A stretch of 64,000 nucleotides of DNA, taken from assembly GCA_964016885.1 (NCBI GenBank), contig OZ024743.1, positions 73,160,001 to 73,224,000 of the forward strand, written 5' to 3'. Source of the stretch: Eledone cirrhosa (Eukaryota). Positions 29,671 to 41,387 of the stretch are shown here, in pieces (position 1 is the stretch's first letter; the number at the start of each line of letters is the position of its first letter). Position numbers and translations under genes: made by a program. The notes beneath the pieces are model-generated. The model did no database searches. It was not told the origin of the DNA and was given only the letters and a program-made list of their open reading frames with translations.

Positions 29671-32228
29671 TATCTCTACGGAGTACTAACCAATTTAGAC
29701 ACAAGTCCAGCAGATTTTAAAAGAAAGAAAATTGATTATACCCGCACCAGTAATTGTTTGGTGCTTATATCATCGACCTAAGATAGATGAAATCAAATTT
29801 GAATTCAGTGGGATTAAAAAGCCAGAATAAATACCACAATGTCCTTTTATCCGACTCCCTACCATTTAGTATAATAGAAACTTAAAGTTAGAATAAACTG
29901 ATAGAAAGATATATAGATAGATTTAGAAATATATTTCAGTAACTATAAAATTAGGTTCATATATTATTCTCTCATAGTATGGGAAGTTGCTATAGTTAAA
30001 ATAGGTACGAAGGTCTTTTGCGGTTACAACGTGCTGCAAAAACATCCTGTTTTAATTGAATACAACAGAATGATGCTGCGCTTACTGTCATTTCTTTGTA
30101 TTGCCCTTGGATGAGAATTGTAATCATTTTCCCCCTGTAGTTAGATTAATTCATTTGCTTTCTTTATGGGTTTCAGTTTTTGTGTATCCACTATGTTCGA
30201 GCACTAATGCATTTTTTTATATTTAAGACTGACTGATTACCCTTCCGTATGCAACTGGGTTACATCAGCTCATAAACAGAAACAGACATCTTAAACATTC
30301 GTAATGTTTGTCATAAACATCCAGAAAAGTAGTCAATATACAATACATACATTCATATGTATACCACTATTATGAGGACCAATACAAAATTGTTAATTTA
30401 AGCCTGGCCGGTTACAGCACCGTATGCAAATGCGTTTCATCAGCTCATAAACATAAGCAGAAATCTATTAGATTCTAACTTACTTTAACCTCAACACAAG
30501 CAGGGAGATATGTAGTCTTTATAAATACTAATAATTAAGAAATGATGCATTGTCGATTACTTACCCCTGTTTTTGCTGAGGCTGGGTATGTGACGATGAT
30601 CACAATCTTAAAAATTCATGACGAAAGGCCTTCAAATGTTTTTCATAAAAATCCCGTATATTATTCAATATATAATGCGTATAGTAATGTGTATACCACT
30701 ATGTAGGAGCACCAATACAACATAAAAATATATTTTACCAGATACTAGTTTGTATCTAATGTTTCCCCTTTTCCGTTGGAAACAACCGTAAAATTGGTGA
30801 GAGAAATTATCAATATAATATACACTAAAACAAAACATGGAAGAAACATCTAGGTTGTCCTTTGTTCGGAGAGAAATAGCCGTCATCGCCGTAATTACTC
30901 CCACTTTCCTAAAATATCGTAAAACATATTGTAAAATATGTAAAACGTAATACATATTGTAAAACATATTGTAAAACGTAATACATATTGTATTCTCTGT
31001 TACTACCAAAAATGCATCATATTACCGTGTGGGCGTGATGTGTGTGTGTATAGGGATGTATGTGTTTGTAAGTGTGTGTATGCGTGCATGCGAGTTTATG
31101 TGTGTGAATGCGTATGTGTATATGTGTGTATGATTGAGAGTGTGTGTGTGTTCACATTTGTGTTTGTCTGTTTCATGCCCCGCAAATATGCAGTTTGAGA
31201 GAAAAGGGATTAATAATGCAGGTGCTGGATTTATAAAAGTAACCACTGCAGAGAGAATAATGGATTAAATCAAGATAGATGTCTAGCATGGCCGTGGCCT
31301 ACTAACTAAAATATGCAAAAGAGCAAAAGAAAGTACACACGAGCAAACACAGACACACATACATGCGCACACACACACTCTCACACACACACACATATAT
31401 ATAGAGAGAGGGGGGTATATCTATACCCACTCTATATCTACCCATGTACTGAGTACTCACAAGATTAGTGGTCTCCTAAGTCTCAGCACCACATACTCTC
31501 TCTATCTATCCCATAGTATTCCATATTTTTTAAATCGCATGTGTTTGCGATTGTATTCGTTCAGTTATTACTCAATATTCATGACTATGTGAAAGGGTTG
31601 GTACGAAAACCGAATTGAAGACCGCGAATTTTGCTTTTAAACCTACCTCTCATCTTCTGGTTACTGATTGTTGGTAGATAAAATTAAGAATAATTAATTA
31701 TATAATTCTGCTCTGATAAATTGCAGCTATATATTATTCATACTTTCTCTTGACTAGGTCTTGCCTATATTGATATCATTTATTTCTAATTGTTATAACA
31801 TACCCTCAGATGCTATCGCCTATTTACCTTTCACTCAACTTATCCCTGGTTACGTTAGTTTCTTCATTTTTACTCTCTGTTAATCTCCGTTGTTGTAACT
31901 TTAACTCTTATACTATAATTCATTTGCTATAACTTGTTCAAAACACATCAATCAATTTTCTCCTCACTTTCTCTGGATGTATTGTGCTTGTAATGCTTTG
32001 TATTAATTTGGTTTTTCCTTCACTTATAATAGATGCAGTAAAGCAGTATGTTTCTCATTATTTCCATGTAGATAAACATGCAAAAACACATACTCACACA
32101 CACTCGCACACACATAAATATTCAAGCCCATGTCAAACATATACATATACATACATATAAATATAATATATACAGTATATGCATATATATGTATATGTGT
32201 GTGTATATATATATATGTATATATATAT

Positions 32229-32275
<47 letters not shown>

Positions 32276-32281
32276 TATATA

Positions 32282-32317
<36 letters not shown>

Positions 32318-32354
32318 TGTATGTATGTATGTATATGTAATTATATACATACAT

Positions 32355-32477
<123 letters not shown>

Positions 32478-33054
32478 TGTGTGTCTATGTGTCTGTGTGT
32501 CTATGTGTCTGTGTGTCTGTGTGATTAAACTGGTTTCTTTAATGTTTACATAGTATGGAACAAAAGTAATTAGAATTTCTGGTTGTTTATTTCACTAGAT
32601 CAAAGACATGGAATTTTATTGACAAACCAAGGTGTTTTTCCCAAGCCGATTTCCTGCATTGGAAAAGGTTTGTTGGTCAATGTGCTAAATTTAAATATTT
32701 GTTCAAGTTCAATAAAAGTCAAAATAATAAAGAAGAAATAAACTGAAAATATACAAGAGAGTCCAAAACGCTAATGAATTATTCTATAAAGAAATAAACA
32801 TAGAAACTAATCAAGCTATATTGTTTAACTTCTGCTAGCTTCAAAAATTCTAATAATATTAATTAATCTCTGGTTTCTAAACAAGTCGATAGATATCAAA
32901 ATATGAGAGTAATTAGTGTTAGAAGTTGACAACATTCGACTGTATCTGCGATGAGGATTAAATTTCTCTTTCAAATTTATTTGATTCTAGTTGTGATGAT
33001 AAAACTCATCGAAACGAGAAAAGTAGGTTTTCCTTCTGATATATACACAGACAT

Positions 33055-33146
<92 letters not shown>

Positions 33147-33289
33147 AGTTGACGGACCCAGCATATTTATCAATGCCATGACCGGTTGTATCTCAGCGTA
33201 CTCAATAGGTAATGTAGAATACATTCCCAGAGTATACACATAGTTATTCGCTTCAATACAACACACGTAAACGGGTGCCTATAGTAGTT

Positions 33290-33400
33290 CCTGGACTCGA
33301 GTTTCGGCCACACTTAATGCAGCAGTAGGGTGCAATGTACCCTCTGTCTACATATATTATGCAACAATGCATAATCGATGCATTTGGCTTCACCAGCGGG
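33290..33400 (-). ncRNA. HHR-like motif with branched stem II (one core mutation) in a (TA)n-flanked insert at about 33143-33922
   Basis: CCCG-CTGGTGA-A-GCCA-[about 70 nt with two hairpins]-TGGC-C-GAAAC-TCGA-GTC-CAGG. Palindromic stem III ACTCGAGT. Confidence 0.55.
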
Positions 33401-34033
33401 TATCGCCTAATCAATAACCAATCGATCGACAGAATTCAACTCCAGTCCATGCCGGCTATGAATGTTTGTGACAGTAAAGTGATTAGCAACTGAATTCTGT
33501 CCCCCGATCGGCCACCGATTTACAAATTTATGTGGTGGCAGGAGATTAGAAAACAAATATTTCCGCTCCCGTCAGAAAACTCAGCCAACGTCTCTCAAAC
33601 ACAAATTAATAAGATAGTGAAAAGTTGGTTATTAGAAAAAGCAGTCCCACATCGCCGTATGGTAGAATGGTAGCATTCGGCTCTAGTCTCCAAGTCTCAT
33701 GGCGATAGGATAGCGATAGTAACCGTGGTAGTGCCTAGAACCTTTATAGGAGATTAAATGCCAGCATCTATTATACAGCGATGTAGAGTAGCGTGGTGGT
33801 TAGCGACAGCCACGTGTGTAAACGAGTCTATTTCATAGCATAAACTATTCAATAAGTGAGTGAGAGAGAAAATTAATAGCAGGAATTAGAGCGCATATCA
33901 AAACGAAACACAATAAAACATTTTATATATATATATATATATATATTTCCTTGTATAGTCACTATCCAAGGAAAACTTGAACCGTTAAGGTATCTTTTTC
34001 TTGGTTATGTCAAAATTTATAAAACAAGCTTTG

Positions 34034-34094
34034 TATTTTATCTGATGAAAGCGTACCAAAGTTTTGGTACCCTTGAAATATATATAATAGAATA
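34034..34094 (+). ncRNA. Type I hammerhead ribozyme
   Basis: TATTTTAT-CTGATGA-AAG-C-GTACCAA-AGTT-TTGGTAC-C-CTT-GAAA-TATAT-ATA-ATAGAATA. 8-bp stem I, AUA triplet. Confidence 0.72.
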
Positions 34095-34134
34095 AATATG
34101 GTTATATAAATATAGTTTCCAATTCTGATTCTAT

Positions 34135-34704
34135 TAGGACACCTGAATTTATTCAGGAAGTTAAGCAAAACATTGATGACAATCCAAGAAAATCAATGAG
34201 GTCAATTGCAAAAGGTTTTGGTGTGACAGAAAAAACAATCAGAAATGTTGTGCATGAAGACATCAGATACAAATTTTACGTGATGAGGAGAGGTCAATTA
34301 ATGTCAGAAAAAAAACAAAAGAAAAGCGTTTAATCAGATCTAAAAGACTTTTAAACAATCTCCAAAATCCATCAGAAGATGGAGTGATTTGACTTTTCTC
34401 GGATGAGAAAAAAATTTGGACTACAAAACTAACAGAAGAAATGACAGGTGGCTATGTGTAGACCTTCTGAGGCTCAAGAATAATGCACACAAAATGTCAT
34501 GCAAGTGTCATGGTTTGGGGTGTTGTTAGCAACGAAGGATATGTGATGCCTCCTCACTTTCTTCCACAAGGCCTTAGGGTGAATGCTGCTGCGTATATTG
34601 TGGTTCTGGAAAAAGTTAAGTCTTGGATCAACAGTGTATGCAATGGAAGGCCTTATGTCTTTCAACAAGATTCTGCACCATCAAACAAGGCGTAAATGAC
34701 ACAA

Positions 34705-34706
<2 letters not shown>
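34135..34706 (+). pseudogene. Tc1/mariner-superfamily transposase fragment (DD37D-like)
   Basis: DDNPRKSMRSIAK HTH region, FSDEK, SVMVWGVVSNEG, YVFQQDSAPS. Stops and frameshifts. Confidence 0.85.
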
Positions 34707-34741
<35 letters not shown>

Positions 34742-34860
34742 TCTCTCTCTCTCTCTGTCTACCCATTGCCTTATTAATTCTCTCTCCCCCTTCTCTCTCT
34801 CTCTCTCTCTCTTTCTGTCTGTTTCTCTTATTCACTCTTCTATTCATTCACTGTTTATAT

Positions 34861-36127
34861 ATCATCATCATCATCATCATCATCATCGTTTAACGTCCAT
34901 ATTCCACGCTTGCATGGGTTTGGACGGGAGCTTTCCCACTTGAGGCAAGAATGGTTGTCTTGCTCGTATAGGACTGTCTGGCTGGTTTTCTACGGCTGGA
35001 TGCCCTTCCTAACACCAACCACATTTACAGTATGGAACTGGGAGGTTTTTACCGTGTTACCTACACGGCCACATTACAGCGTGGACTGTGTGTTTTTTTT
35101 TGTCGTGACACCTACACGACCTCATTTGTTTCGGGCTAGATGTTGTGGTACCAACATAACTTTACATTGAAAGTGGTAGTGTGGATGGGGTGGGGGTATG
35201 GGGACGGGGGTGTATTTTGTTAGAGGTGCCTACTGACTGTAGTAGGTTTCACTTTGTACTTAGGTAAGGCGGGTCTTCTCTAGTACTGTGTAGCGCCAAA
35301 GATCTCGGTCCAGTGACATTGTCTTGGAGAGGTGTAAGTGTGTGAGGTCGGAATTTATCAAGTCGTCCCAGGTTATTCTGGGTCTGCCTACTCCGTGGCT
35401 ACCGTCTATTTTTATTGCCCTGCACTTTATTATACAGCTGTCGTCTTTCATGCGCATCACGTGACCATACCAACGTAGTAAACAACATCTTCTCTCGAGT
35501 AAACAACATCTGATCCCTCTTATTTCTAATTTTTCCCTTAGTTCGTTTATGCTTTGCCGTTCACGTATATTACTATTACACATCCAGCGGAGAATGCAAG
35601 CTTCGTTCCTCTCCAGTCTGCGTATATCCTCTGCACACAATGCCCAGGTCTCACTGCCATGCAACATTGCTGTTCGTATGCAGGCATCATACAGCCTGCC
35701 TTTCATTTTTAGGGAGAACCCTTTAGCGGCTAATAGATCTCTGAACTTTTTCCATCCAGTTCTGACTCTAGCTACTGTACATTCAGAGCACCCTCCCCCA
35801 CTGCTGATTTTGTCACCCAGGTAACGGAAGATGTCCACTATCTCTATAGAACCATCTTTGCAATGGAATGAGCTAGTATTCTTGGGCACTTGCTGCTACG
35901 TATTACAGCAGAACACCGGCCACATATAAAATATATGTTCTTAGTTAGCTTACCTGTGATACCACTACATCTTTTATGCACCCATACTTTTCATTTGGGA
36001 CATAAAATGGAGTTTCTACCTACTCCTTTCCTACACACTGAGCATGACCATTTCCCGGATGGGACCGGCGCCCTATTTTCCTTCCTACAAACTAGAACTT
36101 TAGTCTTAGACAGGTTAATTTTAAGGC

Positions 36128-36130
<3 letters not shown>
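34861..36130 (-). mobile_element. RTE/RTEX-like LINE 3' part with (GAT)n tail
   Basis: ORF 35260-35889 has FRYLGD...ARVRTGWKKFR...LHGSETW...LRWYGHVMR...GRPRITW. An upstream CxxC...WVHKRCSG motif. (ATC)n on the plus strand. Confidence 0.88.
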
Positions 36131-36180
<50 letters not shown>

Positions 36181-36187
<7 letters not shown>

Positions 36188-38785
36188 TAACAAATTAAAG
36201 TTTAAGCAAGGAATCTCTGCTTTCACCCTCAACGGGATCTTCTGAAACTAAAAAAGTCAATCTGTGAACGCAGAAGTAAATATTTCGAAAAACGTTGCAA
36301 CCGAAGGAAGACAGGAAGACGATACTTTGGTTCGTGGAAACGTTCCCTGGCAAAGAAGGGGAAAAAAACGAAGATAATACGTCGTTATTATTTGGAGCAG
36401 TGAAAACAATTACGCGCAAAGACAAAACCACGTTTATGGTATAAATGAAGTCGTAGAGCAATATTCTATGAGGTTGTTCGTGGAGACGTTCTCTGGCAAT
36501 GAACGGAAAAAACGAAGATAATACGTCATTATGTGGACGTGAGAACAATTACACGCAAGGACAAAACCATGTTTATGGTATAACTGAAGTCGTAGACTAA
36601 AATTCTATTTATGAATCCGAATGATTCTCGGCTTCAGAATTAAGAATAATTGTTTCTACTTTTGGCACAAGGCCAGTAATTACCCAGTATATTACTGGTA
36701 CTTTATTTTATCGACCCCGTAAAGGAATCCGAATGATTCTCGGCTTCAGAGTTAAGAATAATGTAAATAAATTACAGAGGTTATTGAAATCAACAAAAAT
36801 TAAATATATACATGCACGCATCCATATAAGTACATACAGATGCATACGCGAAAACACCCGCCATGGGTATGCAAATAGAAGCACGTACACAAAAATCACT
36901 CACGCGCATACAGAACCCACGTAACGCCTGTACCCGCACACATACGAACGTATAGACCAAATACACAAAAATATATATACAAAAAAATATATATATATGT
37001 GTGTGTATCTGTGTGTGTGTGTGTGTGCGTGTATACATATAATTATATAAACGTATATAAATATACACACATAAATGCATATATAACGCGGGCACACATA
37101 TACCTACATGCAAATACACATATGTTCGTTAAACGTACGTCAACCAAAACACAGAGTACACATATACACACACTCTACATACGTAAGAACCCGCATACTC
37201 ATACAGACACAAAACTCACGTATACACATAACCATATGCACATGTACCAGTATATATAATATAATATATACCCCTATAACAAATACAAGCAAATATACGT
37301 ACGAGAAAGTATACGTACCTTCATAAAACATACAGGTAATATATACTTACCTATACAAATAAGTAATGGTATAAACATAACATATACTTAGCTACCACAT
37401 CAAGACGTAAAATATCCACGTATAGTTCGTACTATCTGTTAGGGTATAATGTGGGGCTGTAATACAAGAAATGTTTGTGCAATTTATGTTTACAAGCCGA
37501 AATTGCCTCAGATTTTTTGTTTAAGATGTGGTCGTTGGCGTAGAATATTTCCAGGGCTTCAGCGGCGAAGAGGTCACATGGTCTTTTATTTCCGTTATAC
37601 GATCTAGCCCTAGCTAGGATCGCCCAGTGTAACTTATATTGGGTGTGGTTGTCTTTTAGACTCCAGATATAAACTGAAAGTGACGTCATATTCCTTCTTA
37701 AAGGGTTAAGAAAAGGATGCGTATGCATGTAAAGACGCTGCTTGAATCTATTGGCGGTTAACCATATGTAGGCCCTACGGGACGTGGGTGTTTCAACCTT
37801 ACATTTGTAGACAATGTTACTAGAGAGGCATTTGTCGGATAGGGGCAGTAAACCCGATTCCTACAATTACAGTTAGTACTAGCTACAGGGTTGCACGTGT
37901 TCCTTCGGCTAGGTAATTTAGCTAAATTTGAAGCTGTAATGTTATGTGAAAGGTTAGGAGTCGTAGAGTAAGACATTTTAATGGTATTTCTATTAAAAAT
38001 GTTACTATATGTATGTGCTGTTGGGAAATGCTTCATAATAAGGGAGGGAAAGATCTTAGCTAAAGGTGTGGCCACCTCCATATTATATGGTGGGTTATAC
38101 CATATAATGCGTCGGGATCTATTTTTCCTACGTGTATTCTCATACTCTGTATATGCTATCTTATCGACAAATCCACTCCGAGCAAGCGCTTCATGGTAAT
38201 ATGTGGAATGGTCGGTGAAAATATATGCTCGCTTGTAGATAGACGGGAAAGCCTCAAAGAAACGTTTCTCTGAGGCTTTCCCGTCTATCCTACCAGGTTC
38301 TTGGTTATGCTGGCAGAATGTTTAGAATGCTTACTTATGTAATTAAGCGTATCATTCGGCTTTCTATACGGGTAGTGCAGGCCATTCGACAAATTGAGGG
38401 TAAGGTCGAGGTAATTAACGACCGAGAGGTTGGCATCAACCTGTATGAAGATTTGAATCCATTAAAGAAGGCTGTGAGTTCTTTTCTGAACCTGTCGCAA
38501 GCACGTGGGCCGCACTTTGTCATGGTCAAAAGACCGTCATCACGGTGCCAACCATCGCCCACCTTGGGGAATTCTTCCTTGATAGACAAAAGAAGGAAAA
38601 GGCCGATAAGATCAGTCACCTCTGCAGAATCGCTGGCGCCCATACTCACGTCGAATGGGGTACTATTAGATATTTTTAATCCAAATAGAGAGAGTCGTCG
38701 AAATTAATCACTGACTTACGGTGCTTATATATTTATCCTTATCGAGCCCTCTTTGGACTTTAGTCTTCAAATTTATTATTATTAC
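36181..38785 (-). mobile_element. Decayed Penelope-like element (RT + GIY-YIG; Naiad-like by inference)
   Basis: RT motifs MGASDSAEVTDLIGL and HRDDGL; WYNPPY; CNCRNRVYCP; IVYKCKV..AYIWLT..FKQR; LSVYIWSLKD; CDL..E; LNKKSE..SACKH. Frameshifted. (TA)n flanks. Degenerate HHR at 36211-36248. Confidence 0.85.
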
Positions 38786-39144
38786 TATATATATATATAT
38801 ATATATATATACGGCACCTAATACATGAAGGAATTCACTGTAGGAGACTAGCCCTTACCTTTATAGTCATACTTCATCTAAAACCTATTTAATGTAATCT
38901 GACTTCGGCTCATGGTTTAAATATTGCCTTACAATAGTTACTGTTAAACCATTATTCCATCAACCTTGTAAACATTAGACTAAGGAAAACTATAAAAATA
39001 CACAATTGTTATATGTCGGCAGGGAATCACTGATTTATTTGAGATGAAAATGTCTACAGGAATGTATTCCTTGAGGAATTGCTGTCTATAAAAAGAACAC
39101 GCTGCATCTTTGCTAACTTTAAAAACAACGCACTTCTATGGTTA

Positions 39145-40235
39145 ATGTGTTGTTGTTGTCGTTGTTGATATTTTTCTTGTTGTTATTGCTGGTGCTGGTG
39201 CTGGTATTGGTGGTTGTGGTGGTGCTGGTGATGGGGGTTGTTATTGGTGGTGCTGTTGGTGCTGCAGGTGGTGCAGGTGGTGCTGGTATTGGTGGTGCTG
39301 GTATTGGTGGTGCTGGTGATGGTGTGCTGCTGCTGCTGGTGATGGTGGTGCTGGAAGTGGTGGCAGTGGTGCTGGTGGGTGATGTGGTGCTGCTGTTGAT
39401 GTTGTTGTTATTGGTGATTGTGGTGGTGCTGGTCGTGGTGATGGTGTCATTGTTGATGTTGTTGTTAGAGGTGATCGTGGTAGTAGTAGTGAGGGTTTTG
39501 TTGGTGGTGGTTGTGGTGGTGGTGGTTATGGTGGTCATGGTGATGGTGCTAGTGGTATTGGTGGTGGTTGTGGTGCTGGTGGTGGTGGTGGTGATGGTAT
39601 CAATGTTGATGTTGTTAGTGGTCGTTGTGGCGGTAGTGATGGTTGCGTCGGTGGTGGTTGTAGTGATGATGGTGGTGGTAGTGGTGGTGGTGGTGATGGC
39701 GGTGTCACTGTTGATGTTGTTAGTGGTCGTTGTGGCGGTAGTGATGGTTGATTTGGTGGTGGTTGTAGTGATGATGATGGTGGTGGTGGTGGTGGTAGTG
39801 GTGGTGGTGGTGGTGTCACTGTTGATGTTGTTGTTAGTTGTTGCTGTGGTGGTGATATGGTGACGATGGTGGTGGCGATGCTAGTTGTGGAGTCTCTTGT
39901 GGTATTTTTTTTGGCGGTGCAGTTGTTTTTATTGGTGGTGTTAGTGACGATGTTGTTGTTGGTGGTGTTGCTGGTGTTGTTTTAGTTGTTGGTGGTGGTG
40001 GTGATGGTGATGGTAGTGGTGTTGCTGCTGAGGTTGCTGGTGGTTATGGTGGTGATGGTAGTGATGTTTCTGTTGTTGTTTTAGTTTTTAGTGATGGTGA
40101 TGGTGATGGTGGTGGTGTTGTTTATGTTGGAGGTCGTGGTGGTGGTGATGGTGCTGCTTCTGGTGTTGATGTTGTCGTTGCTGTTAGTGGTGGCTTTTCT
40201 GTTGTTGTTGTGGTGGTGCTGGTGATGGTGTTGGT
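39145..40235. repeat. Degenerate (GGT/GTT/GAT)n trinucleotide low-complexity tract
   Basis: Visible triplet composition with an internal duplication of about 100 bp near 39600-39800. Confidence 0.9.
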
Positions 40236-40274
40236 GTGTGTGTGTGTGCGTCTGTCTATGTGTATGTGTATACG

Positions 40275-40308
<34 letters not shown>

Positions 40309-40805
40309 GAATAGCTTTCACCGTATTTTTGACTAAAGGAATTTTAGCCTGATAATGGGGTTTAGAACCCTCAGGTAAATGGAAAAAGATGAGTATCTTG
40401 GTATTATCCATAGACTTGGAGCTTATCGAGAGTCTCCCTCAAGTTTGGACTAAAATTTCGTCAGTGATCGCCACCAGAAATCAATTCAAAAATGGCTAAG
40501 AATCATCACGTGGCTAGTGGTCAAAGTAGAATGTTGTGAATGGTGGCCAGGTGGCAGGTAGGCTGGCTGCTAGAAAGCGCAGCCAGATAGTTAATTTCTA
40601 CGGGCTAAGAGGAAAGACTAGATAATCTTTATCTGATTGTTCCTCGCAGAAAATAATCTGTATCATTTGTCTATTATCTTTTCGTAGTTACATTTTAAAC
40701 TTATAGCCCCGTTTAAATGATTATTTATCTAGTGATTTCTATGGACTAGAGTGAAGAAAGACTGGATATATTTTAACTAATGATTCTTCAAGCTTGCAAT
40801 TTTAT

Positions 40806-40873
<68 letters not shown>

Positions 40874-41324
40874 TTATAGAGTGTGCGAGATGGATACATA
40901 GATATACATACATGAAATTCTATTTGTATATATGAAATACATGAATGACCTGCTGCCTTAATACATAGATTAATATATATGTGTGTGTGACAACTATGTC
41001 TTCCCGTAGGAACAAACTACCAACAGCATGTTTTTTTGCTATTAGTTAGCATAAACCATAGGAATCTTCAGAGCTTAATTAAAATCCAAAACGATTAATA
41101 CAATATCAATATATATAAACAGTCTATCAAAGTTCTTTCATCACACATCTGTGAAATCATCAGTGGTACTATTATGTTCCATCCCGTTGTATTGTAATGT
41201 CTACGCCATTTTTATTTTATTTATTTTTTTTATTTATTCTTGTCTTTGTCTCTGTTTGCGTGTGTTTTCTGTTTTGTGTGTGTGTTCTTGTCTGAGTATA
41301 TGTGTGTTTGTATTCTATCTTTGT

Positions 41325-41384
<60 letters not shown>

Positions 41385-41387
<3 letters not shown>

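Noticed and set aside
32945-33030. HHR-like CTGCGA-TGAG...CTCA-TC-GAAAC
   Set aside because: The core lacks a base, and stems I and III do not form.
39119-39863. Val-, Thr- or Pro-rich ORFs (mucin/extensin-like)
   Set aside because: Open in several frames on both strands because of the trinucleotide low complexity. No splice or domain evidence.
40330-40470. Minus-strand CTGACGA followed by a 10-bp long-range stem
   Set aside because: GAAA does not follow the stem, so the HHR topology is not met.
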